A DNA stretch of 64,000 nucleotides. It comes from Parasitella parasitica NRRL 2501 (lineage: Eukaryota > Fungi > Mucoromycota). The position numbers and the translations under genes are program-made. Shown in pieces: positions 24,301 to 37,918 of this stretch. The stretch is taken from assembly GCA_025201805.1 (NCBI GenBank), contig MU619237.1:124001-188000 (forward strand), read 5' to 3'. Below the pieces are notes generated by a model. The model was not told the origin of the DNA and searched no databases. It saw only the letters and a program-made list of their open reading frames with translations. Position 1 is the first letter of the stretch, and each line of letters opens with the position of its first letter.

Positions 24301-27300
24301 TAATATATAAATTCAGTAGTATCCTACAATGGCTTGGTTTTGGAATAAACAATAACATGTTGGTTATTATGGTAAATATGCATATATCGATTTTCCTCCA
24401 ATTTTTGGGGCGGTCATGACAACATGACATACATAAATAGATATTGCTGCGTACATAGTACGTATACATGTGCATTTTTTGTGACATGATAATAAAGACC
24501 ACTCATATATACACATTGCATTGTTGTATACATTCGGGCCAACCGAAAACTTAAATTGGTTTGTACATACATGAATGCACCTGCATACATTTTCTGTTGC
24601 GTCGAAAGAAACATCGATACTTTGCCAAGAAACAAGGAATTTCAAATTTTGCTGTCATCTGTTTAGGGGGCTCATCATTCATTGAATGGGGCGAGTTTAT
24701 TGCTGTCAGGGTCGAGACGAGATCAGATACCAGACATCACTGTCAATCGCTGAGACTGAAATATCGGATCAAACAAGTTTGTGAAATTAGGAGACATCCG
24801 TGGTCTATCGGAACGTAGGGTCTTGCTAAATCTTTCATCGTAAAGACTATTAAGAATAAAAAGTTGACATAGAGATATAGCCGTTCAATATATCATCAAG
24901 CACCATAGCTTAACAAGGTGAAGCCGTTGTTTATACGACATTAGCCTAGTACATTGCTGATTTTTGCTGAGATGAAAGTAGAAGAAATCATTAATGCAAA
25001 TAATCTTTCTCCTTCTTTGTATTGTCGATATTCGCCTTGTATAGTGTAAGCTATCGGAATTTTTAATAACTCAAGGATCTAGTGGCGCTCCTGGCATCTA
25101 TAATAAGGAACCAATGGCACATAATGTAAATATACAGTTCAGGTGATAGAAGATTAGATAGTGAGTCAACCACGAAGAATGATCTTGACCCATCAATGTA
25201 AATATAGAATTTTACCACATGACTCCATTAAGAATATTATAGATGGTACGATTATTGACTTTAGGCTATAAATCCTTTATTCTTCAGCCCTCTTGGAATT
25301 AACTTATTAGATCCGAAAATCGGTAAAAGCTTAATATGTGAATTAGTCTACAGTGCATGTGTGAGATCATGTCAGCGGTTATTTATGTAAATTGGCAATT
25401 AAGCTCCAGAGAATGAAGCGCAGATCATCCGCATATGCAATATAATCCCGAATATTTAGATTTAGGTCAAAAACTGGGAATAAAGTTGGATTACAAAGTT
25501 CAACATCTAGTTTTTGAGTAAGCATATGTACGGTTGTACATTGAACAACAAGACAGCATTTTATAGAACATATTTTTGCTTTTATTATATTGCATATGAT
25601 GTATATTCATTCACAACATTTGCTGCTGCTTTTTTTTTTTTTTTTTTTTCGGATATCCGACATATCTAGTATATAAACGGTATGAGCCCTAATGGTATTT
25701 GACTGGAACTAGAGAATATGTATCAGCACATGTAACGATAAGGTCATATAGGTCTGCCGCATACAAGCACATTGAGGTTGAGTATATTGTTTTGTATATA
25801 CATTTATGTGCTACAAGCTATTTTTCATTGTCACCCCCAGATGATATACTCGTGCAATATATATTGGCAATCTTTTGCTGAATAACATCGAAATAGTGTA
25901 TCTTTGTAGTGAATATATCGCATAGTTATAAATGAATCCAGCCAAATATATGAATTGGATGCAGATGCGAGTCATATGGTGTTAATATAAATCTCATTAT
26001 ATTACAATGAATCCCGTTGAAAGCATTCACAGCATGGATGAAAGAAAAAAAATAGAATCTAGAATGTATTAAAAACAACCGGGATCAATGTGATCATCTG
26101 GAAAATTATAGATACAACAAGAAAGAGTCCACGTTATAGCGATTTTCATACTTGAGTGAAACAAGATATTTTGGGGGAACAGGGGCAGGGGCTATTTTGG
26201 CTTGATGTCAACTGATCAAAGTTGTCAATTGTGGCATCAAATTAATCAAGCGTATTCTGCATAATGATTCCAAAGTATGTAAGTAGATATCAGAGCAAAT
26301 ATGGTTTATTATAGCTGAGGACTATGGGATTTGCAGCAGTTTTCCATTGTTATGATCTGTGCGATCATTTTGGAGGACCATGTCCTGAAGCGTAGGCGCG
26401 GATATCGCGGGGGTGGCACTTAATCGTTATATGTGAAGACGTCGAGTGGCTACGCGCAGATGACGAGTGTAAATATAGAACGGAACAAGCAGAATCACAG
26501 CGAATAGACCACCAAACAAGAACGTTTTGTTTTTGTAAACAAAAACAATCAAACCAGGAACATTTGATAGGTTCCTGTGTGTTAATTGCTTGGGCCACCT
26601 AGAAGCATGTGTGATACTAGAAAGGAATATTGCCAAGTTGAATCAACATGCACCGTGTATAATCTACGTTACAAACATAGAATCTGCATAGCCACATTGT
26701 CACGTATACAATAACTCTTTCTACTTTACATCAGCAAGGAGGGCTATTGCCATTATTACGGCTGCATGACCAACACAAGGCCTCTTAGTCTTTGAGCCAA
26801 AATGCAGGTGCTGGCGTCGGCACCTCATAACCTTCTCTATTGATCACTTGAAGACGGAGCAAGAGAAATGGGGGTCATTCTACGTTGAGCTCATCAATGA
26901 ACAACTATTTTTATTCATGTATGAATGACTCAAATGGTGTGAAAAAGGGCCTGTACATAAAATACAAGATGGTGATCAATAATGGAATGAAAACATGCAG
27001 GATTAGCTAATAAGTGAATCCGAGACTTAGAGTTGGCTAGGCTCACATCAGGAGAATTTCCATACTATACTCCTAGCTCGATTGAACCCTTGCAAAGTTT
27101 ACATAACATGTAATACATCTACAAGTCGAGGTTCTTTGTATCATTGCGGCATTGTTGTTGTGAAAATACCAAAGGCAGTATATGCGCATTGTGTCAAAAT
27201 TAGCAGTACAAAATCGGCCAGCTTTTTCTATGCATATTTCGAGAAGCACTGTCTCTCTAAATCCATGATACGATGGGATAATATGAATTGAGAGATTTGT

Positions 27301-27531
27301 AAAGGGAAACCCACGGACACCTGAGAAGAATCGCCATGAAAACTTTTGGGGTGTTTTGGGGGGGGGGGGTTCAATGCGTCCATTTTAATGGTTGATTTAA
27401 GGAGTAAAGCATGAAAACAGAGTTTCCAAGCAGTTGCGCTGTATATTAATTTGGGAATGATTGCTGGCGCCCTGGAGATCGTCTGCCCTATCAGATTTTT
27501 GGCAAACCATACAGAGCCAAAAAATTTAAAG

Positions 27532-27540
27532 TATATAAAG
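27532..27540 (+). promoter_or_regulatory. Candidate TATA box for the WWE-like gene
   Basis: TATATAAAG about 90 nt upstream of ATG 27622, followed by a pyrimidine-rich leader. Confidence 0.45.
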
Positions 27541-27621
27541 GCCCAATGTCGATCGTATCATTTCAACATTTATCCCTTCTCTCTCTCTTATTCTTATACA
27601 GCAACAGCTCAATCTTTCACA

Positions 27622-28782
27622 ATGAAGATAAAACAACAAAAAAACACATCTTGCTCAGTCAATCCTTATGACAGAAATATCACCATCTGGGGATTCATGC
27701 TAGAGAACACTTTGTTCACCCCATTCCAGCAGCATAACCATGTCATTATAGAAAACGCTTGGAAAGATCGAAAGAAGAAGAGCTCAAGCACCTACGTCGA
27801 TATTAACGACAATAATTTACCAAGCCCTCACTCAGCAAGAGTCTACTTTGGAGTTGCTCAGATGCATCTTCGTATGCCAGGAACTCGCTACTATGTAAAG
27901 CGTGGAAACCCAAGAGACTTGGCAACGACTATTTCTCCAAGCTCAAAGTCATCTTATCATTTGACACCTCCTAGTATGCCATCGCCAATGTCGACTGCTT
28001 CCACGACAACTACATCAACGGCTGTCACCGCCAGCACCAGCACCAGCACCAGCACCAGTGCTAGCTCAAATTATTTACCTCCTGTAATGGACGTCAACTT
28101 GGCCAACATCTTCCCTAACATGGTGCTTAAAGGGCAAAACAGTAATGCATTTTCGTACAGCCCCAATTCGTACGATCAGTACTACGCTCCAATTGATAAT
28201 AGAATTAATAGAAATGGAGCCAACAATGGATATGCTACAACAGTGGACAACTATTTGGCTATCCCTACAAAGAACAATGGAAACTTGAACCAAACCAAGC
28301 AGAATCCTCAAACATACATAGATGCTTCTTTGAATACCAATAATTACTACAATGGTATGAATGTCAACCAAGCAAGCTATATGGGTCAGCATATGCATTA
28401 TGTGGATAATACTCAATATAAGAAGCAGCAGACCCAGAAGCAACAACAACAACAACAACAACCACAACAACAACAGCAGCAGAAGCAGCAAAAGCAGCAG
28501 CAACAGCCCATTATCCCAATGAGCTCCATTTTAGACTACACTTTACCTGGATCCATTGTTAATGATACCTCAGACTATCTCCAAGACATAGATTGGTTGA
28601 ATGATGATTCACTATATACTCCACCCTCTAGTTTTAACAGTAATATCTCGTTTCAAGAATTGGTCTCATGGCCTTGCGTTAGTTCGTCATTAATACCCAA
28701 GTTTGATAATGGCGATAATGGAAACATCAAGATTAACATGACGAACGATTATTACCAAGACAATCACTTTACGTATTTATAA
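27622..28782 (+). CDS. Uncharacterised protein with N-terminal WWE-like domain and S/T-, N/Y- and Q-rich disordered tail
   Basis: Single-exon ORF, with ATG 27622 preferred (downstream of the TATA box). IWGFMLENTLFTPFQQHNHVIIENAW...VDINDNNL...MHLRMPGTRYYVKR follows the WWE pattern W-x-aromatic...P-aromatic...IE...GT..V.R. Confidence 0.75.
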   Translation: MKIKQQKNTSCSVNPYDRNITIWGFMLENTLFTPFQQHNHVIIENAWKDRKKKSSSTYVDINDNNLPSPHSARVYFGVAQMHLRMPGTRYYVKRGNPRDLATTISPSSKSSYHLTPPSMPSPMSTASTTTTSTAVTASTSTSTSTSASSNYLPPVMDVNLANIFPNMVLKGQNSNAFSYSPNSYDQYYAPIDNRINRNGANNGYATTVDNYLAIPTKNNGNLNQTKQNPQTYIDASLNTNNYYNGMNVNQASYMGQHMHYVDNTQYKKQQTQKQQQQQQQPQQQQQQKQQKQQQQPIIPMSSILDYTLPGSIVNDTSDYLQDIDWLNDDSLYTPPSSFNSNISFQELVSWPCVSSSLIPKFDNGDNGNIKINMTNDYYQDNHFTYL

Positions 28783-30612
28783 TTCACCAACTTTTTTTTT
28801 TGTATTTATCATACACATCATATATACATACATGTGCCAATTCAAATCATTTTTGTTACAAACTCATATTATATTTAAATATCACACAATATCGCCCCCA
28901 ATATCGCCGATTTATCACGTATACATAGACCTTCCTAGATACTCCCTCTCTCTCTTTTTTAATGTTAAATTATAGTCTTAACTCTTGTGTACATACTAAG
29001 TAATGATGCACAGTTTTGACTATTATTTGTAATAATGGCTTTATTCTTGAATAAATTGAAAAAAAAAATTACGCTCTTTGTGTTTGGAAAATGAGGAGTG
29101 CATACGACACTTTTTTTGCTTCAAAAGCTGTTTCAATCAGGTTTTACAATATTATAGTTCTGGAACGCTTTGAACATATTAGTAGGATAAAATACCCATT
29201 GTACAAATACGTAAAGATTGATAAAATATGATAGGTTGCCAAATAGCCCAATGCAGCTTTTGCTTATTTATTTACTGATCAAGAATTTTCAAAGTAAAGC
29301 AAGATAACAGAGCAGGTGTATATAGAAAAACAAACTCGATCAATTGATCAAAGAGCGCTAGTTCCAGAAAGAAAATCATGTTTTATTTTTTCTAAATAGA
29401 GACAATATAGACTTTTAAATAGGTTACAGAGAAGCGTTCTCTCTGTTGTCTAGATACGAATCTAAATATATACCCAGCAGAGTTACCATGAGCGATCTTT
29501 CACAATCAAGTTTCCATGGTAACCTTCTTTATCTTGCAGATCAACAGTTACGGAAACTTGGAGATGCAGTTCCCATCTGCTCAGTCATTTCTGATTCAGG
29601 TAAATCGCAGATCCAAAATAGAGAATAGAGTTATACGTACAGATCAGCTTACTGAGTAATAATATCAAATGATGCAGTATTTGCGTACTGTATACAGCTA
29701 CAATCTGATTCTGGGGTAGATGGTAATACAGTACGCACTGTACACGGTAGTAGATAGTCGAGAAGCTTTTCATCCCTTACCCCTTGTACATACTAGGCAA
29801 TTTTTTTCTTCCCAATCCATTGACAGGTGACCCAGGTGAAGGATATTTCCCCGCAGACACTTTATATAGCAACTGTAGGCTTACAATACCGCATTCAAAA
29901 AGGCTGCCGCTAGTATACCCGCAAAATATGACGTATACTATTATTTACAACTGATGAAAAGCTACCATGCGGGCCATTATTACTGTATTTGGGATGAGAT
30001 AGTTTCAAGTAAATTTGTGTATCATGTATAATTATTATATATTTATCATCTATATATTATGGCGCAATATAAATTAAGTAGATCTCATTAGAATAGCAAG
30101 GCCATAACCTTGTTTCACAATTACCATAATGTTATTGGCAACTTTGGAAAAGAAAAAAAATACGATTGCACATGACAAGGATAGCCGATTAAGCGTATAT
30201 TAAAAATTTTACCTGTGGAGATCAAGAAACATGTAATGTATGCTACCATGTATAGATGTCGCATAGCTTTATACATTTTTGGGCATAAAATCACTGTTTC
30301 AATACAACAAGTCTCTAATTTAATTGATTCTACTATACATGTAAGATTGTGTCTCTACGGAATAAATCCACTATCACAGCTTGTTCTAGCGAGTTACACG
30401 ATGGTCTTAAATCTATGTTTGTTAAAGCGTAAAAATCTGACTTTATAATCAACATTTGGAAATAACATCCAAGTCTTTTATAACCAATTTTTTTTTTTTT
30501 TTTTCTTTTGATTCTAGTCCTTCTTTTCTTTCTATTATCAAAAATTCCATATTTTCCCCCGTCTCTTTTTTCTCTCACTGAAATCGAAACTTGAGAAATA
30601 CAACACAAGTCG

Positions 30613-33475
30613 ATGGGTACCTTACATATCATACCGGGAGAACTCTCGACATTTACCATCGCAATAGCTATTTTGAGTGGCTTTATTGTATTCTTTGGCT
30701 ATGTGTCCATGTTTATCAAGGAAAGATGCTTTTTATCGGAAGCATGTAAGAGCGGATTATCCCTGCCAAATAAAGTACCCCACTAACAGATTTGCTTTCT
30801 AAATCTAGTTGTTGCATTGATTGTAGGCATTATCGCAGGCCCATTGGTATCAAACGGATTCAATCCAAATAGCTGGGATGACAGCGATGAAATTACCAAA
30901 GAATTGACTAGATGCATCCTTGCAATCCAAGTAAGAAACTAGAGCATATTATAGCCTAATTGACCGGATTTACTCAGCTTTCCTCTGTTGTTATTAGGTA
31001 ATGGCCGTCGGTATTGATTTACCCAAGTAATGTGTTACACATATAAAGCAAAAGGCATAAATATTTACATATATTGTAATAGACACTACATGAAAAAAGA
31101 GTGGTTGACGATGTTTATGCTATTACTACCCATCATGATTTTTATGTGGCTCATCAGTGGATTGTTCATTTGGTGGTTGATTCCACCAATAAACTATGTA
31201 AGTAACTGTCTACTACAACGACAGCATGTTTTCTAACTGCAATGTTGCTAGCTTCATGGTCTCGTCATCGCTGCTTGTGTTTGCCCAACTGATCCAGTGA
31301 GTAGACTATCTTTTTTTTTTTTGGTTTCCTGCTGCCGTCTTTTCTAATGTATTCAGTACAGATCTTGGCCAATTCAGTAGTCAAAGGCCGATTCGCCGAG
31401 AAGCATGTGCCAGCTCATATTAGAAATGCATTGTCCGCAGAGAGGTAACGTATAGTTGGTTGTTTATATACACATGTAGAGAAGACCCCTTGATTCCAAC
31501 ACGACCTTTTATTAGTGGTGCAAATGATGGCATGGGCTTCCCTTTTCTATTTTTGGCATTATTCTTGATTAGTGAGCCAAATGTTGGCACTGCCATTGGA
31601 AAATGGATCTATATCACGCTGCTCTTCCAAATAGCACTCTCTTGTGTCATTGGTTTAATCGTGGGCTGGGTGGCTAGAAAGATACTGCAATGGTCCGAAA
31701 GAAAGTGAGTATATTGAAACAAGCAAAAAAAAAAAAAATTGAAGCTTCAGCGGTCTAACATGGAAATCAAAGCCATTTGATTGATAAACCATCCTTTTTG
31801 TGTTTCGCAATAGCTTTAGCCGTAAGTAGCTTAACACCATTGTCATATTACCAGTCCTTGATGTTGTGTATTTTATAGCTGTTCCTGATGAGTATGACTG
31901 GATTCTCTGGAAGCGATGACTTGCTAGCCTGTTTTGTTGCAGGCAATGCGTTTTCTTGGGATGATTGGTTCAGACAAGAGACAGAGGAGGCGCATTTTCA
32001 AGAGGTGATTGACATGATGCTGAATTTAGCTGTATTTGTCTACATTGGGGCCATTATTGTAAGACGACAAAGTACGTCCATTCTTTACTATTCCATTTAC
32101 TCACCTTTTGTACAAACGCATTGTGTTTATATAGCCTTGGTCTGATTTTGGCAATGCAGCTCTAGGCTTGACTCCATGGCGCTTGGTCGTCATTGCCATT
32201 TTAATCTTGTTGTTCAGACGTTTGCCTATTTTAATCATATTGAAACCCGTAATGCCTGCCATGAAGACGTACAGAGAGGCCATTTTTAGCGGCTGGTTTG
32301 GCCCCATGGGTGTTGGTGCCGTCTTTCTATCCATGATTGCAAAAGAAGAGATGATTGAAATCTACAAGGAAGACGAAGTGAAGCCCCTGACCATAGAGCT
32401 TATCAGCCCTGTGGTTCTCTTTATTGTATTGTCGTCGACGTTGGTTCACGGTACAACCATCCCCCTGTTCAAGATTGGCAAGCGTATCCGTACAAGAACA
32501 TTATCCATTGCAAGCACAAGCAGTGGCCAAGTCCGCCGTCTACCGAAGCTTCAGTTTGGCCAGCAAATCAGTCTGCGGAAATCAGAGGATGGAAATGCTG
32601 AAGCCAACGAGAACACTGAGGCAATGGCGCAATTAAAACGCAACACGCTTGCTAACACGATTCAGCATGAACACGCTGCAACTGCTCCCAATGCCACACT
32701 CACCTATACTATTGATATGCACGATGATGATGACGACGACGACGGCTTGAATGAAGAAGATTTCTTGCCTGATGAATCAGATGAGACCCACGTTGATGGA
32801 GATGATGATAAACCAGCCCAGCCTCAGCATCCCAATATACCCACTACTACTACTATTACTACTGCATCAACAAATGAGCCTCAGAGCATCAGATTCCTTG
32901 AACCAGTGAATCCTAGAAGTGGGGGTCATCAATCAAGCAGCAATGCAGAAAGAAACGAAGCCAGCGTCTCGAGTTTCAGAAGTTGGTTGAATAGAAGCAA
33001 ATCTCCTGTGCAGGAGAACGACGCTGAAGAAGTCGGCATCGTTACAGCTCCTCCACCTCAATCCCACCCTCAGAATGCTGGCGGTGGATTGCGAAATTTA
33101 TTTAGACGTCATAAAGAGAGCACAGATGAAGCACCAGAACAACGGGCATCTCCTGCAAGCGAAGCTGCACCTGCACCTGCTGCTGAGGTTGCTAACCAGC
33201 ACTCTACATATGAAACTCTTCGAAATATGTTTGCCCATGCAACGCAAGGAGAGCACGACAGACCAACAGAACTTATTGACCTTGGACATGGCAAATTGAG
33301 CTCCAGAATTGAAGTGTGGGACGAACCAAACCACGTCGTCATTGAAGACAAAGCAGACGCTTCATCTCATTGTGTCATTGATAAATCTGATAGCAATTGG
33401 GAGGATCTGGTCAAAGAAAAGATTAGACAGCTTCAAGCCACCATTAATAACCCAAGCACAACAGATGAAGCCTAG
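30613..33475 (+). CDS. NHA1: Plasma-membrane Na+(K+)/H+ antiporter, CPA1 family (Nha1/Sod2), multi-exon
   Basis: VSMFIKERCFLSEA; PTDP; SAESGANDGMGFPF; GSDDLLACFVAGNAFSWDDWF; GWFGPMGVGAVF; long hydrophilic C-terminal tail. Confidence 0.95.
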
Positions 33476-33646
33476 ATATGTATTATTCCCTTAGTTTTTT
33501 TTCCTCCCCCTCCACGTCCAAATAAAACTCAAATAAACAAGAATACCATGCCCTACAAGCTAGTACGTCTAGAGGCAAAAAAAGAAAAAGAAAAAGAAAA
33601 GACAGTGCCTACATTTGTATGTGCTGTTATGCATTGATCTGTTTAT

Positions 33647-35039
33647 TTAGAACTCATAATCATCATCTGTCATACAAGTATCTTCCATATAGAAAGTTGG
33701 CATCAATCGTCGAGCCTTCTCCAGATACCAGCCATCGTTGCTTAATCTAACGAGATCAGCTCTGAATACCATGCCCACCAGGAGAAAATCGACAATTTCC
33801 TTCTCCAAATAGATTTCATAAGACTTTTGATCATCCTCTTTGTTTTGCAAGGTCACCAAAATCAAATCATCTTTGTCTGTATTTTCGTCAAATGCCGAGA
33901 ACTTTGCAATTTCAACAAAGACATATGTCTCGGTATCCAGCAATTTTACATTTTCAGGATTTTTGATCTGCTTTTGTACAGTTTTTCTGGAATCTTCATC
34001 ACTTGAGCCTAGGGTATCCACGACAAACGACAGGAATCGCTTCTGCACAGTCAAAGTCTCTGAAGTCATCCAAGATGTATCCACCTTCTCCTGGAACAAG
34101 TTTGAGCAGGCAAGGTTATATTTTCCTGGGAGTAGGCCAATGGCACGTTTACATTTGGGCAGCTGAATCTTGGCTTCGGCACAGATGGCGCGAGCATTGG
34201 CGATGTCATCTGCGTACTCGGGAGCCACATTTCTGATTTGCAAGTATCTCAAGAACGCATCAATTAGGACGGGGGCATCAGTAAAGTCTTGCAAGCCAAT
34301 AAAAAGACTTTCGCGAATAAAGGTGTTGCCAAAGTAGACTTGGGCGACTTCTGTAAAGTTGACCTCGAGACCGTCTTCCAATTCATCAGGGACAAAATCT
34401 GTAGCAATTTTGGCAGCCTCAAAATCTTGAACAGCCTCTGGGTCATCTGGTGTGTCAGCACTTGTTGAACGGCCCAAGAACATGTTGGGGCCGGTGACGA
34501 TGCCACCAAATTTGAGATAGTTGTCAAAGATGGCTTTTCTTGATTCTGTAAATTTGTGGTTTTTGCGGTATTTCCAGATAGCATATTCGACACGTTGAGC
34601 GAGAGGGTGTTCACTAGGTTTGATTTTAATGGTGTGCTTTGACTAATAAATTAGGTAAACCACTTACGGGCTGAATGGGTCTTCAATCACATCTTCGTTA
34701 TTCTGTTCAACATAGTCGTCAGCAAGATCAGTACCAGCCTCAGGTAACTTGGAAGTTTTGCTCTTCTTCTTCTTTTTCTTTTTCTTTTTCTTTTCGACAT
34801 TTTCATCGTCCCTCCTTGCTTGTTGTAAGCTTACAGGCGTCGAGAGTTCATTGAGCTGGGGAATCTCTTCTTCGACTTGTTCCCCATCTACGCCGCTGTC
34901 GGATACATAGCTCTCGTTCTCTTGGCTAGAGATACGAGCCTCATTTAAAAGATTTGCACTAGACTAAGAGTGTCAGTTTCTTACGTCTGCCCAATTTTCC
35001 CCATTCTTACACGAGTTCTTCTCTGTCTGTTTGATCCAT
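33647..35039 (-). CDS. ARB1: Argonaute siRNA chaperone (ARC) complex subunit Arb1 homologue
   Basis: Poly-Lys stretch, then QRVEYAIWKYRKNHKF...IFDNYLKFGGIVTGPNMFLG...VNFTEVAQVYF...FLRYLQIRNVAPEYADDIANARAICAEAK, matching the Arb1 family pattern as recalled. Exon 1 (35039-35011) splices in frame. Confidence 0.8.
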
Positions 35040-35281
35040 ATTTGATAACTAAAAGTAAGAGCAAAACGCCAAGGGAGAGTTTGTTGAGCCTCCGCCCATT
35101 TAATCAGTCAATTTCGCGCTACAAATGTAGTATCATGAATCGCAGTCTAGCAGCTGAATTACATCACATCACTACGGTACCACTCTGCTTCACACCATCT
35201 TACATGCTTCTAGCAGTGACCACTTCAATGAAAACCGCCAACATCAATTCAAAGGTAAATTATGCACATCAAAGAGCTTTT

Positions 35282-36255
35282 TTATTTTTCGAGACTGAAC
35301 TCAAACGTCAAGTCATTGTGTTCATCAGGGTTTACGGGTGATAAATCACTCTCATTATACCATAGTCTCTCAATGAATGTGACGTTATCGTCGTAATCAA
35401 TCAGGACGACTGTACTTGTTCTAGTTGCATACGCAGCGTCCAAGATGCCTTGATCGTTGGGAAAGTTGAATAAGGGTATGGATATACGCTCTTTGAGATC
35501 ATCAAACACCTGCTTAACATCCTTGTCGTTTTTCATAGGCTTTGTTATGCTCAAGAGCCCAAATAGTGCATCAATGAGCTCCTTTTTTTCCATGTCTTTT
35601 TGCTGAATTATCCTTTGGAATATGTCTTTCCCCATTTGCACCTTTGGCCAAGGTTTTGTCAGCAAAGAATTGGACAAGCCTGCAACAAAGCAAAGAAGGT
35701 TACACATACAGCCGCAACAAGAATTTGTCATCTCCATTTTCTTACCATAGACTTTTCCTGGCTCCAAGTCAATTTCTGGCTCATTTTCACGGTTGCTTAT
35801 ATACTTCATGTCGACGGGATCCTTGCTGAAATCAAATTCGACTAGACTAAATCCGCCATAGTCCTGTATGTGTGTTTGCAAGCGCTTTACGGAAGCATCC
35901 ACAGATTCAGATTCGCATAAAAAGTCTCTCACCAGCACTCCCCGAGACACTTTTCCTCGGAAGTTTGGTTCTCGAAAGTTTGTCAATGCAGAGAACCTAC
36001 CCTGTCGAGTTATGCCTAGCCAGGTGCCGTTCTTCAGGCTTTCGTCATCTGCATGCTTTTCCAAATCAGTGCCAGCAAGCACATTGTCACAAGGAGGCTC
36101 CCAGAAATGAGCTCTCGCAGTAGGCCGCATTATGAATTCATCCCTGTTGCCTGCAAATACACTGGAAACTATCAGCGGAAAAGAGCTCTACAATTTGGAT
36201 ATACCTACAATCGATATTTAGGGTGGTTTTCTACGGTCCAAAATAAAATACACAT
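35282..36255 (-). CDS. TANGO2: TANGO2 / NRDE-family protein
   Basis: Starts MCILFW; GNRDEF..RPT; GTWLGITRQGRFSALTNFRE; SRGVLVRDFL; GLSNSLLTKPWPKV; YATRTSTVVLID. Confidence 0.95.
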
Positions 36256-36753
36256 TATCGAATATGAGCAAAAAAAAAAAAAAGTTGTAAAGATACTTGG
36301 TTACAAAGTCTTTGCACGGTATTTGAAGGTGTGGGGTGATTAAATTTTATCGATCTTCCAATTCCAAACAAGTGACCTAGAACCCTCGAATTTGCATAAT
36401 ACTGTACACAACCACATTTTTTATACTATCTACATTTGGTTTTCCAACATCTCGAAATCAGAGCCAAAGCAGGCCTATAGTAATGAAGGTGATATATAGT
36501 TGTTAAACACCTTTCTTTCTCTTCTACATTTGTATTGATGCTTTTTTTTTCTTTCTCCAGAACCATTATCTCTAGAGAAAGGTAGTTTCACTGGTTTCTT
36601 CCAGCAGATTTGAGTATGACAAGCAGGTTTTTTTTTCTCTCTTCAATGTTGTATTTGTAAAGCAAAAACTACATGATTGCAGTAGTTACTACATTTTCAA
36701 CAGACGCAAATCAAGTTGGAAAAAAAAAATATGCTACTTTGTTTATTGTCACA

Positions 36754-37918
36754 TTAAAAGTTACCGCAGATGGTTAACTCGCGCATTTGTTGCAAAACAT
36801 CATCAACACGGTGATCGGCCTCCTCATTGTTGGGAGGGAAATGGTGTCTGAGACCTTCTAATTGCTCATAACTACTTTGGCTGAATTTCAGCTGTGATTT
36901 GACTAGTGCTTCAAAGGAAGGATCGATATAGGGAACTCGCAGTTCAATGACTTTTGGTAAATCATTGACGATGATTGTGTTTAAATTTTCATACATTTCA
37001 CGAGCTAGATTTGCTTCTTGCTCAGCCTGAATGTGCAGAATTATTTCCGTATGTAAATCAACTGATTTCTGCAAATGTCACTCGAGTGCTTTACTTACTC
37101 TAGGTAAACGTTGGGGGTCCTCGCTTGGTCTATCAACCAATTTTCTAACTTTTGCTCTCGATGAGTCGTAATCCAGAAGCTTTTTTTGTCGACGTTTTAT
37201 GGCCTCGTTGACTTCAGGAAAGTAGGAGCAAAATCTACCCAATGGCTCCAGTACAGTAGTACGATATGCAGTGTCCTTTCAAATGAAATTTTAGTATAGA
37301 CTTTTGACTCCTTGGAGCCATTGAAATATCCATATACTCACCAAATTGGATCTCGCTTCCTCGTCCAACTTTTCAACGACTCGCTTGTATTCAGCTCCAG
37401 AGGCTCCCATAGGTGTCGTATCGTCGTAGAAATTCTCAATTGTTGTCGCAATACGGACCTGAGCAGTTGTCATGGCTTATTAATAGAGGAGCGTTACTTT
37501 GAGCAAACACACTACAAAACCACAACCAATTTACCTCTCATGGAATCGAGATATCCCTTGGATTCTTTGGCAAGTTTTTCAGATTTCTTTTCGAGACTAT
37601 GTACGTCCGAATTCGCTCAACATCTGTGTTTCTTTCTCGCTGATTGATTTCAGTTGTACTTACTTTTTGAAGCGCTCATATTCCTCTTCAAATTCACCAT
37701 CAACGGTTCTATCGCCTCCGCCTGTTCTTGACTTGATCTGATAAAAAAAAAAAAAAAAAATGTCAATTCCATGTACTACCTACTATTCATGTCTGCTATC
37801 ATACGCTTTGGCCAGCTCTATTCAAGTTTTTTTTAAACCCTGACCTAATTATTGCAAAAGCGTCAGTATGTATAGCAGCACCCAATGAGGACCGCCGTCC
37901 AACTTACAGGAAACTCAT
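36754..37918 (-). CDS. RVS161: BAR-domain amphiphysin Rvs161/Hob3, multi-exon
   Basis: SGFKKNLNRAG; DRTVDGEFEEEYERF; KGYLDSMR; TVLEPLGRFCSYFPEVNEAIKRRQKKLLDYD; LRVPYIDPSFEALVKSQ. No SH3 domain. Confidence 0.92.

Noticed and set aside
27451-27621. 57-codon N-terminal extension of the WWE-like ORF given by the ORF track
   Set aside because: It starts at TTG and spans the TATA box and pyrimidine-rich leader; ATG 27622 is the more plausible start.
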